From contig JAYPIC010000001.1 in assembly GCA_038127595.1 (NCBI GenBank), forward strand, positions 59,388 through 123,387: DNA of 64,000 bases, given 5' to 3'. The stretch's first letter is position 1. Each line of letters begins with the position of its first letter. Positions 20,921 to 29,490 of the stretch are shown one piece after another. Under the pieces are notes generated by a model that did no database searches, was not told where the DNA came from, and saw only the letters and a program-made list of their open reading frames with translations. This DNA comes from a bacterium. GTDB lineage: Bacteria; Fidelibacterota; Marinisomatia; Marinisomatales; UBA1611. A program made the position numbers and the translations under genes.

Positions 20921-20945
20921 GTAAATTAATTCTAACGAGGTAATT

Positions 20946-21377
20946 ATGTCAGATTGGACAAATAGTCACGACTTAGTATATGCATTTGTTTGTGTTTCTT
21001 TTTTAGCAGATGGAGATGTTGATGAGTCTGAGAAAGAAGCAATGCGTGGTAACGTAAAAGTTATGCTCCCAGATATGGGAGATGATGAGTATCATCAAGT
21101 TGAAAAAGAAGTTATTGATAAATTTATTGCCCTCGGCGATGAAGCTTCTCGTTTTGACCAATATGGTTCTTCACTCAGTGCAATCAAAGAAATGTTTTCT
21201 TCTGATGATGATCGTTATAAGGTAATTAAAAACCTTGCTTACATTGCTAGGGCTGATGAATTTATTCACGAAAATGAAATGAAAATGATTGAGCAAGCAG
21301 TTAGCGATTTAGATATGGAAGATAAAGTCAGTTTGGTTAAAACTGAATCTACCCTTTTTGTAGATTTTAAAGGGTAA
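20946..21377 (+). CDS. TerB-family protein
   Basis: Two TerB-type motifs, ADGDVDESE and IARADEFIHENE; acidic; GAGGT RBS. Confidence 0.8.
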   Translation: MSDWTNSHDLVYAFVCVSFLADGDVDESEKEAMRGNVKVMLPDMGDDEYHQVEKEVIDKFIALGDEASRFDQYGSSLSAIKEMFSSDDDRYKVIKNLAYIARADEFIHENEMKMIEQAVSDLDMEDKVSLVKTESTLFVDFKG

Positions 21378-21391
21378 TTAAAAAATATATT

Positions 21392-21424
21392 ACGATGCCT
21401 GGGTTAATCCCAGGTATCGTTTTT
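21392..21424 (+). terminator. Rho-independent terminator after the TerB-family gene
   Basis: ACGATGCCTGGG-TTAAT-CCCAGGTATCGT followed by a T-run. Confidence 0.85.
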
Positions 21425-21448
21425 ATTAATTTAAATAGGAATACGAAT

Positions 21449-21604
21449 ATGTCTGAAAAAAGAACACACAGTGACGATAGACGAAATAACGACCGCAGAA
21501 ATGCCGATCGAAGATTAAGCAATGTAACAGTTGAAAATGATAGAAGAACTGATGGAGATAGAAGACAAGATGAGCGCCGTTCTGTAAAGGACCGACGCTC
21601 ATAA
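21449..21604 (+). CDS. 51-aa arginine/aspartate-rich peptide with seven [D/E]RR repeats
   Basis: AGGA RBS before ATG 21449; MSEKRTHSDDRRNNDRRNADRRLSNVTVENDRRTDGDRRQDERRSVKDRRS. Repeats are conserved at protein level while the codons vary. Confidence 0.75.
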   Translation: MSEKRTHSDDRRNNDRRNADRRLSNVTVENDRRTDGDRRQDERRSVKDRRS

Positions 21605-21617
21605 TATTAATCTCTAC

Positions 21618-22292
21618 TTAACAGTAGACTCTTTCCATTCCTGATAGGAAATTATTTAAAGAAGATAATGCAAGTTCAATAGCTTCTAACGCTTCTTCTT
21701 TCTTTTCATCAGTATCACAAACATCGCCAATCAAATCTTTAATAACTTGCCTGTGAATGATATCTGCAGATTGATGCACCTCAAAGAACTTTAATGTGTC
21801 CTCACCATTTTTAGCACCGTAATATTTCTTTAAACCGTCAATTTTATTTTCAGCAATTTCAGGGATCATAGATTCATAACAATAAAGAGCACTGAATCCA
21901 ACATGGTAACGCTCGTCTTTTGATAGTTTCATAAAATTGTCTACCAGCTCTTTTGTTTCTTTTATTGCCACAGTATTTTTTACATCTTTTCTTTTTTTAC
22001 CCATGCCTTCTGCAAAACGCATCCATAATTCTGGATGATTTTCATCACCACGCTCTTCATCGATTAAGTTTTCTAGAATTTCTTGTCTTACTGATATATC
22101 ATCACAGTTTGAGTGGATTGATGATAAATATCTAGGGAAAGCAGAAACATGTTTAAAATATTGGGCAGCATATTCTTGAATGGTAGATCGATCTAATTCA
22201 CCTGCATTCCAAGCTTTATAAAAAGAGTGATTTAGTAAATGATGCTCTTCAATTTTGTTTTCAACTATGTTTAAAAATTCAGTTTTGTTCAT
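21618..22292 (-). CDS. CADD (CT610)-like heme-oxygenase-like dimetal oxidase, putative pABA synthase
   Basis: HSFY..W..GEL, QEY..QY, AFPRYLSSIHS.CDD, NLIDEE...NH, ALYCYES.IP.IA.NKI.GL, H..AD..H, closely matching Chlamydia CADD. GGAG RBS supports the start at 22292. Confidence 0.88.
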   Translation of the reverse strand: MNKTEFLNIVENKIEEHHLLNHSFYKAWNAGELDRSTIQEYAAQYFKHVSAFPRYLSSIHSNCDDISVRQEILENLIDEERGDENHPELWMRFAEGMGKKRKDVKNTVAIKETKELVDNFMKLSKDERYHVGFSALYCYESMIPEIAENKIDGLKKYYGAKNGEDTLKFFEVHQSADIIHRQVIKDLIGDVCDTDEKKEEALEAIELALSSLNNFLSGMERVYC

Positions 22293-22321
22293 ACAGTACT
22301 CCAAACGTTAAATGATTTAAA

Positions 22322-23602
22322 TTATCCTAGCCATATACCGGCACAGAAAAATAACCCCGTTAGGAAGTGTAATCCAATAGTTCCTGCATTAGCAGGCTGT
22401 AATAATCTATTGTCATAATGCTTGTATAATGTTTTTATCGTAAAAATACTGTAAACTGATGTTATTAACGACACAAGGGATAATGTTGGGAAAGTAAGTG
22501 GGTTAGTCCAGGATAATGCAATGATGCTAACAAACGCCCCTACGATTAATGCAACGTATCCTATCCTTGCTTTCTCTGGCCCAAAAACAACGACTAAATT
22601 ATTTTTACCGGTTGCTTTATCACCATCATGGTCAGGAAATTGATTAACGAAAACTATAGCAGCTACTAGAAAGCCTATTGGTATCCCTGCAAATACTGCA
22701 TCCATGATATGGGTCATGTCACCACTTGTTTGCACAAGAAAACTACCAGCGACCATTAGTGGTCCAAAATTTAAACCAATTAAAAGCTCTCCCATCCCTT
22801 TTCTAGATGCAAATCTAAATGGTGGGGCTGTATAAAAAAGACCGGAAAGAAATCCAACGATCCCAAGATACAAAATGTTTATGCCTGCTTTATAAATAAG
22901 AGGTATACCAACAATAGCACTTAAAGCAAAAGTTATTATAGCAACATTTAACATACCTTTAGCTGAGATAAGTCCCATTTGAATACTCCTACTTCCTCCT
23001 GAAAAAGGCACCATGTAGTTGTAATTTGCTTCATCTGTCCCACTAGTGTGGTCGTAATAGTCATTCGATGTGTTTGTACCTATGTGCAATAAAAATCCGC
23101 CTAACATTGTTAAAGTAAAATAAAACCAATCAATACTTACAAATCTACTTGCTACAGCTGCTCCTAAAAGGATTGGGACAATTGTTGCAGTTAAAAACGG
23201 TAGTCTCATTATCACCATCCAACTAAATAGCTTTGTTCCAAAACTGATTTTTGGACGGACTTCATCTGCAGACTTATCAGATAGTGGAGAGGTTACACCA
23301 CAATAGCCGATGTGGTTACCTTCCTTATCTTTGGTGGGTGTAATTTTAATTTTGCAAGGCAATTCGGTTCCATCTTTGTGTAAAAAAACAGTGTTTCCTT
23401 CCCAAGCTCCTTTTTCAACGGACTCTGCAAGCCAATTAACTACATGGCCTAATACAATTTGACCAGCACTGAAATCGCTCACCCTACCTTTGCCAATAAT
23501 TTCTTCTTCTGTGTATCCGAATAATTGCTGCGCACCTTCACTAAACGTTTCAATTTTACCATCAAGGTCGCAGGTTATTACGCTTTTTAAATTTTTACTC
23601 AT
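22322..23602 (-). CDS. menA: PAS domain fused to MenA/UbiA-family prenyltransferase
   Basis: N-terminal PAS (DLDGKI..FSEGAQQLFGY.EEEIIG ... HKDG); C-terminal RLPFL, NTSNDYYD..SGTD, GGSR, YTAPP, G.GE, NQFPD...D...GK. AAGGGA RBS before ATG 23602. Confidence 0.85.
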   Translation of the reverse strand: MSKNLKSVITCDLDGKIETFSEGAQQLFGYTEEEIIGKGRVSDFSAGQIVLGHVVNWLAESVEKGAWEGNTVFLHKDGTELPCKIKITPTKDKEGNHIGYCGVTSPLSDKSADEVRPKISFGTKLFSWMVIMRLPFLTATIVPILLGAAVASRFVSIDWFYFTLTMLGGFLLHIGTNTSNDYYDHTSGTDEANYNYMVPFSGGSRSIQMGLISAKGMLNVAIITFALSAIVGIPLIYKAGINILYLGIVGFLSGLFYTAPPFRFASRKGMGELLIGLNFGPLMVAGSFLVQTSGDMTHIMDAVFAGIPIGFLVAAIVFVNQFPDHDGDKATGKNNLVVVFGPEKARIGYVALIVGAFVSIIALSWTNPLTFPTLSLVSLITSVYSIFTIKTLYKHYDNRLLQPANAGTIGLHFLTGLFFCAGIWLG

Positions 23603-23692
23603 AATATTTATTTCCCTTATCTTTAAAAATATTAAGCTTTTAAATTTAGCTCTCAATATTTTCTTAGAACGAAACATATTTTAATTTTTTTT

Positions 23693-25000
23693 ATGAGTAC
23701 AATAGCAAAAAGGATAGCTTTTCATACGCTAGGTTGTAAGTTGAATTTTTCGGAGACATCAACACTGTCGAGAGACTCACTTAAGTATGGTTATGAAAAT
23801 GTTGACTCTAAAGAGTTTGCGGACATATATGTATTTAATACATGCTCAGTTACAGAAAATGCTAATAAAGAAACTCGTAAACTTATCAGAAGAAGTAAGC
23901 GTATTAATCCAAACGCATTCATTACTCTTGTAGGGTGTTATGCTCAATTAAAACCAGAAGAATTAACAAATATTGAGGATGTAAATCTTGTTTTAGGCAC
24001 AGAAGATAAATTTGAATTGCTAAACCATTTAGATCGAATTGATTTTTCTAATGATATTAAATCATCTTATAGTGGACCCATAACAGACGTAAAAACATTT
24101 AAGCCATCTTACTCTAGTGACGACCGGACTAGATCTTTTTTGAAAGTACAAGATGGTTGTGACTATAATTGCACTTTCTGTACTATCCCACTAGCGAGAG
24201 GTAAAAGTAGAAACGCATCGATTAAAAAGACTGTTAGATTGGCTAAAGACATTTCTAGAACAAATGCGAAAGAAATTGTTTTAACGGGAGTAAACATTGG
24301 TGATTTTGGAAAAGGGACACACGAAAATTTTTATGATTTAATTCAACAAATAGATAATAAAGTTGATATTGAAAGAATTAGAATTTCCTCCATTGAACCT
24401 AATTTATTAACTGATGAAATAATTGAGTTCTGTTTCTTATCAAAAAAATTTATGCCGCATTTTCACATACCTTTACAATCTGGATCTGACAGGATGTTAA
24501 AATCCATGAAGAGAAGATATACAACTAGTCTGTATTCCGATAGAATAAATAAAATAAAAAGTTTTGATCAAGATGCATGTATCGGTGTAGATGTAATTGT
24601 TGGATATCCAACGGAGTCCGATGAAGACTTTCTTGAGACTTATAATTTTCTAAAAAGCAATGATGTTTCTTATTTACATGTTTTTACATATTCTGAAAGG
24701 GAAAATACAGAGGCCATAGGTATTAGACCTGTAGTGCCTCATAGTGAAAGGTCCAGAAGGTCTAAAATTTTGCATGAACTATCGGACAAGAAAAAGTCTG
24801 CCTTTTATGAAAAATCTATTGGAAAAACAAAACCAGTACTGGTTGAGAAAAATAAAAACGGTATGTTATTTGGTTATACTGATAATTATATTAAAACAAG
24901 AATTAAAGGACCAGTTTCTTTAGAAAACACTATACAAAACGTACTTATTTCGGACTTTAAAACAAGTTATGTAGAATGTGAGGTGTTGACGACTAGTTAG
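23693..25000 (+). CDS. mtaB: tRNA t6A37 methylthiotransferase
   Basis: TLGCKLN, NTCSVT, GCYAQ, QDGCDYNCTFC radical SAM motif, LHVFTYS.R, TRAM-like C-terminus. Confidence 0.92.
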   Translation: MSTIAKRIAFHTLGCKLNFSETSTLSRDSLKYGYENVDSKEFADIYVFNTCSVTENANKETRKLIRRSKRINPNAFITLVGCYAQLKPEELTNIEDVNLVLGTEDKFELLNHLDRIDFSNDIKSSYSGPITDVKTFKPSYSSDDRTRSFLKVQDGCDYNCTFCTIPLARGKSRNASIKKTVRLAKDISRTNAKEIVLTGVNIGDFGKGTHENFYDLIQQIDNKVDIERIRISSIEPNLLTDEIIEFCFLSKKFMPHFHIPLQSGSDRMLKSMKRRYTTSLYSDRINKIKSFDQDACIGVDVIVGYPTESDEDFLETYNFLKSNDVSYLHVFTYSERENTEAIGIRPVVPHSERSRRSKILHELSDKKKSAFYEKSIGKTKPVLVEKNKNGMLFGYTDNYIKTRIKGPVSLENTIQNVLISDFKTSYVECEVLTTS

Positions 25001-25784
25001 TGTCTGTTTTTTTTATTTCATATAAAATTTGATCCCAGAATTTTATTCTTGATTTCATAACCTTTTTCCCGCAATCTATGCTTTCTTTCCATTTTTGTTC
25101 ATCATCTCCACATATCTCTTTAATCATTTTTAATGCTAACGGTGTGTGTTCATCCTCATCAAGACCAATATGCCTGTCAAGATAATAGATGAAAGATTTA
25201 TATTGGCCAGAAGAGTTGCTTTCAAGATCTTCTACAAGTTCACGGAACATATCGGGGATTATTTCTTCTCTTCCAAGAGTAAAAATTGTTGCGGTAAGAT
25301 GCGGTTTATTCATGTCCACATATCTAAATGTATCTAAAACAAATTTTTTAGCAGCTTTTGGAGCTCTGCTTTTAATAAGCGAATTTTTTAGGTCTAAACT
25401 GTCCAGTTCGGTGAGAAAACTTTCTATCTTTTTTGTGTCGGCACCAGCCTCTTTCATGGCATGATAATACATTTCGAAGTGGCTAAGGTGTTGCCCAAAC
25501 CTATCAATATCCGATTCTTCTGCAAGAACAATTTCATTTAACAACCTAGACAAGTTGGCATTGGGTTTTGGACGCCAAGGAATTTCTACGCAAGTAAATT
25601 CTTTTTGAAGTGACTTCAATACTGACATAAAATCCCATACAGCAAAAACATGGTGCTCCATAAAAATGTGCAGATGTCGTTCAGTTTTGATAGAGCTATA
25701 TAAAATATGATTTTTTAAGATATTTCTTTCATCTTGCGTCTCATCAAGAATATTAAGTAGGTTATTTTTAAGTAGTTTGAACAT
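24993..25784 (-). CDS. DUF3050 family heme-oxygenase-like protein
   Basis: FMEHHVFAVWDFMS, EESD, SHFEMY, GREEIIPDMF, YLDRHI.LD.D.H. Confidence 0.85.
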   Translation of the reverse strand: MFKLLKNNLLNILDETQDERNILKNHILYSSIKTERHLHIFMEHHVFAVWDFMSVLKSLQKEFTCVEIPWRPKPNANLSRLLNEIVLAEESDIDRFGQHLSHFEMYYHAMKEAGADTKKIESFLTELDSLDLKNSLIKSRAPKAAKKFVLDTFRYVDMNKPHLTATIFTLGREEIIPDMFRELVEDLESNSSGQYKSFIYYLDRHIGLDEDEHTPLALKMIKEICGDDEQKWKESIDCGKKVMKSRIKFWDQILYEIKKTDTN

Positions 25785-25786
25785 CG

Positions 25787-28606
25787 CTATTTATATTCGT
25801 TTATGGTGGGGCATGTACATACAAGATTTCTATCACCATATGCATTATCTATTCTGCTTACAGGTGGCCAATATTTATGAGTTTTTTGATGTTCAGATGG
25901 ATAAGCCGCTTCATTTCTTGTGTATGGATGATTCCAATTATCTGATGCTATTTGAATTGCTGTATGAGGAGCATTTTTAAGGGGAGATTCACTAAAATTA
26001 ACACTGTCTTCAATCTCCTTTTTGATAGAAATAAGAGCATCACAAAATTGATCAAGTTCTCTTTTCGATTCACTCTCTGTTGGTTCTATCATCATTGTAC
26101 CAGGTACTGGCCAGGACATAGTGGGAGCATGATACCCATAATCCATCAATCTTTTTGCGACATCCTCCTCATTAATACCATATTCTTTTTTTATTGGCCT
26201 GATGTCGATGATGAATTCGTGCGCATTAAAACTGCCTTTTTCTCTGAAGAGAATATTGTAATAAGGGCTTAATCTTTCAGCCATATAGTTTGCATTTAAT
26301 ATTGCTATTTTTGTTGCTTCTGTTAACCCTTTAGTATTTAGTAATGATATATAAACCCAGGAGATAAGAAGTATACTACTGCTTCCATAGGGTGCTGCTG
26401 ATACAGGATTAATGGCATTTTCATTCTCGTTCGGAGTATTGTATGAATGCGAGGGCAAAAACTTCGAAAGATGTTCTTTACAGACGATTGGGCCCATGCC
26501 AGGCCCGCCACCACCATGAGGTATGCAAAATGTTTTATGAAGATTAATATGCATAACATCTCCACCAAACTCTCCCGGCTTACAGAGTCCAACCATAGCA
26601 TTTAAATTTGCTCCATCAATATATACTTGCCCGCCATGATCGTGTACTATATCACAAGCTTCTTGAATTTCATTTTCAAAAATTCCATGTGTAGAGGGGT
26701 AGGTTAGCATTATGGCAGATAAATTTTCTGAGTGTAACTCTGCTTTTGCTTTTAAATCTTGAATATCAATGTTTCCATTTTGATCGCATGAGATTATCTC
26801 AACTGACATACCAGCCATTATCGCGCTTGCAGGATTTGTTCCATGCGCAGATTCTGGGACTAAACAAATATTACGATGTTTTTCATTTCGACTAATATGG
26901 TAAGCCCTTATTATTAACAGCCCTGTATACTCTCCCTGTGCTCCTGAATTTGGTTGTAAGGAGCAGTCATCGAAGCCTGTTAATATTGAAAGCCAAGATT
27001 TCAAATCATCAAAAATTTTCATATATCCTTCGACCTGCTCAACTGGTACAAAAGGGTGAATATTACTAAACTTTGGCCAAGTTACAGGTACCATTTCTGT
27101 CGTAGCATTTAGTTTCATTGTGCAAGACCCTAGAGGAATCATACTTGTATTTAATGATAGATCTTTTGTTTCAAGTTTGTGTATGTATCTAAGCATTTCG
27201 GTTTCAGAGTGGAAGGAATTAAAGACGTCGTGTTTTAGATAGTCCGTTTTTCTTAAGCATTTATCATTTAGGGAGTTACTTTGTAGTAGATCAATTTTTT
27301 TTACTTCAAATATTTCACAAATTTTAAAAATGTCATCTTCCTTTGTTTCTTCATCAATGGTAACTCCGACACTACCATCATCATATTTTCTAAAGTTAAA
27401 CTTTGCGTTTTCCGCCAGTGGCTCCCAATTATTTTTTGGTTTGAATCGAATTGTGTCAAAAAATTTTTTGTGAAAAAGGTCAATACCTGATGCTAAAAGT
27501 GACTCAGCTAATTGATTACATTGTCTATTTACTGTCTGTGCAATATGTTTAATTTTTTTAGGCCCATTGTAAACAGCGTACATTGAAGACATTATTGCCA
27601 AAAGAACTTGAGAAGTGCATATGTTTGATGTCGCTTTTTCTCTTCTAATATGTTGCTCTCTAGTTTGCAAAGCCATTCTCAAAGCTCTATTGCCGTGGCT
27701 GTCATTAGATACTCCAATGATTCTACCCGGGATTTTTCTCTTAAATTCATCTGTTGTTGCAAAAAAAGCAGCATGTGGGCCACCATACCCCAAAGGGACT
27801 CCAAATCTTTGTGCGTTTCCTACAGCTGCATCTGCGTTCATTTCACCTGGCGTTTTTAGTATGCTAAGAGCCAAAAGATCTGTTGTTAAACAAGTGTATA
27901 TATTTTTGTTTTTTGCCTCATTTATTAATTCTGTATAATCACAAAGGTTGCCATCTGTATGAGGATATTGTAGTAACATACCAAACTCTGTTCCATCAAA
28001 AACAAGTTCTTTCTCATCTTGAATGACTAAAAGAATATCTAATGGTTCTGATCTTGTTTTTAAAACATCAATTGTTTGGGGATGGCAATTTTTTGAAACC
28101 AAAAAAGTCTTTTTATCTTTTGACTTAGTTGCATTGAAAAACATTGTCATCGCTTCAGCGGCTGCTGTTCCTTCATCTAATAAAGATGCATTGGCAATGG
28201 GCAAGTCTGTAGAGCTTGAGATTAAGGTTTGAAAATTTAATAAAGCTTCTAAACGGCCTTGGCTAATTTCGGCTTGATATGGAGTATATTGAGTGTACCA
28301 TCCGGGATTTTCAAAAATATTTCTTTTAATTACATTTGGGACAATAGTTCCATAGTAGCCCATTCCAATGAAAGACCTGTATAAGGTATTTTTATTTGCA
28401 TAACCTTTTAACTTAAATAAAACTTCATCCTCATTAAGATTAATATCGATTAAATCCTCATCAATTTTTGATAAAATATTTGAAGGTATTACTTTTTTTA
28501 TAAGTTCATCAATAGTGCTAACAGACATAGATTTAAGCATTAGATCAATGTCGGTGTTACTTGGACCAATGTGTCTTTTTAAAAAATTAAAACGGCTTTT
28601 TTTCAT
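25787..28606 (-). CDS. gcvP: Glycine dehydrogenase (decarboxylating), P protein
   Basis: RHIGP, YTPYQAEISQGRLE, REKATSNICT, LGSCTMK, NLHKTF PLP lysine, PHGGGGPG. Confidence 0.98.
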   Translation of the reverse strand: MKKSRFNFLKRHIGPSNTDIDLMLKSMSVSTIDELIKKVIPSNILSKIDEDLIDINLNEDEVLFKLKGYANKNTLYRSFIGMGYYGTIVPNVIKRNIFENPGWYTQYTPYQAEISQGRLEALLNFQTLISSSTDLPIANASLLDEGTAAAEAMTMFFNATKSKDKKTFLVSKNCHPQTIDVLKTRSEPLDILLVIQDEKELVFDGTEFGMLLQYPHTDGNLCDYTELINEAKNKNIYTCLTTDLLALSILKTPGEMNADAAVGNAQRFGVPLGYGGPHAAFFATTDEFKRKIPGRIIGVSNDSHGNRALRMALQTREQHIRREKATSNICTSQVLLAIMSSMYAVYNGPKKIKHIAQTVNRQCNQLAESLLASGIDLFHKKFFDTIRFKPKNNWEPLAENAKFNFRKYDDGSVGVTIDEETKEDDIFKICEIFEVKKIDLLQSNSLNDKCLRKTDYLKHDVFNSFHSETEMLRYIHKLETKDLSLNTSMIPLGSCTMKLNATTEMVPVTWPKFSNIHPFVPVEQVEGYMKIFDDLKSWLSILTGFDDCSLQPNSGAQGEYTGLLIIRAYHISRNEKHRNICLVPESAHGTNPASAIMAGMSVEIISCDQNGNIDIQDLKAKAELHSENLSAIMLTYPSTHGIFENEIQEACDIVHDHGGQVYIDGANLNAMVGLCKPGEFGGDVMHINLHKTFCIPHGGGGPGMGPIVCKEHLSKFLPSHSYNTPNENENAINPVSAAPYGSSSILLISWVYISLLNTKGLTEATKIAILNANYMAERLSPYYNILFREKGSFNAHEFIIDIRPIKKEYGINEEDVAKRLMDYGYHAPTMSWPVPGTMMIEPTESESKRELDQFCDALISIKKEIEDSVNFSESPLKNAPHTAIQIASDNWNHPYTRNEAAYPSEHQKTHKYWPPVSRIDNAYGDRNLVCTCPTINEYK

Positions 28607-28786
28607 AATTTATAAAACATTATTTAAAATTTAATTTTAAAGGTTTAAATGAATTCAAATTTATAATCATTATGCTAATGGAATCGCAATATATAATTTT
28701 GAAATTAAAATTTCAGATATAGACGTTAATGAGATAAGTTTAGTATAGAATAACTGTTAAAAAATTTTAATTAAGTAGGAACAAAT

Positions 28787-29485
28787 ATGTCAATAACGCG
28801 ACTTGTTGAATTGCAAGATATAGACTCTCAACTTGAAGACCTCAATAGCCTCTTAGGTGATTTGCCTAAAATGGTTGATGAGCTGAATGAAAAAGAAAAT
28901 AGCTTAAAAGATAGAGTTGAAGCGGATAAGGTAACTTTAAAAGAAATTATTCTCAATAGTAGTAAGTCTGAGAAAGTGAATTCTGACATTCAGGAAAAAA
29001 TAAATAAATTAACAGACCAGTTATTTCTTGTTACAAATAACAAACAGTATGATGCTCTAACCAATGAAATTGAACACCTAAAAGAACAAAAAAAAGAAAA
29101 CGAAGAACTTTTAATTTCAAATTTAGAAGAAAAAGAAACTCTGGAAAAAAATATAAACAAAAATGAAGCGTCACTAGAAGAGTTGAAAACTGATCTTGAT
29201 GTTAGGCGTAATAAGCTAGATGAGGCATTATCGGAGACCGCTGATGAAAAAGCAGCTTTAGAAAATTCCAGGAAAAAACAAGTAACAGAAATTGATGATA
29301 ATACGATGCAGGTATATAATAAAGTCATATCTGCAAGGTCTGGTATTGCTGTCGTTCCGCTTTCAGGAAATTCTTGTGGAGGTTGTGGCGCAGCTCTACC
29401 TTTGCAAATGGTATCTGAAATCAGAGCAGGCGATCTTCATAACTGCCAAAGTTGTGGTAGATTTGTTTATAATAAGAAAAATTAA
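28787..29485 (+). CDS. Coiled-coil protein with C4-type zinc ribbon (CT398/DUF164-like)
   Basis: LQDID, long heptad region, CGGC...CQSCGR; commonly found next to rnpB. Confidence 0.88.
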   Translation: MSITRLVELQDIDSQLEDLNSLLGDLPKMVDELNEKENSLKDRVEADKVTLKEIILNSSKSEKVNSDIQEKINKLTDQLFLVTNNKQYDALTNEIEHLKEQKKENEELLISNLEEKETLEKNINKNEASLEELKTDLDVRRNKLDEALSETADEKAALENSRKKQVTEIDDNTMQVYNKVISARSGIAVVPLSGNSCGGCGAALPLQMVSEIRAGDLHNCQSCGRFVYNKKN

Positions 29486-29490
29486 TTTAT

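Noticed and set aside
21395..21448. Longer N-terminus for the DRR peptide (ORF track start 21395)
   Set aside because: That ATG lies inside the terminator hairpin; the AGGA RBS supports 21449.
23260..23602. LOV photoreceptor identity for the PAS domain
   Set aside because: No GxNCRFLQ motif.
28607..28786. Glycine riboswitch upstream of gcvP
   Set aside because: The region is extremely AT-rich, with no GGAGA/CCGAAG/CTCTCAGG core on the minus strand.
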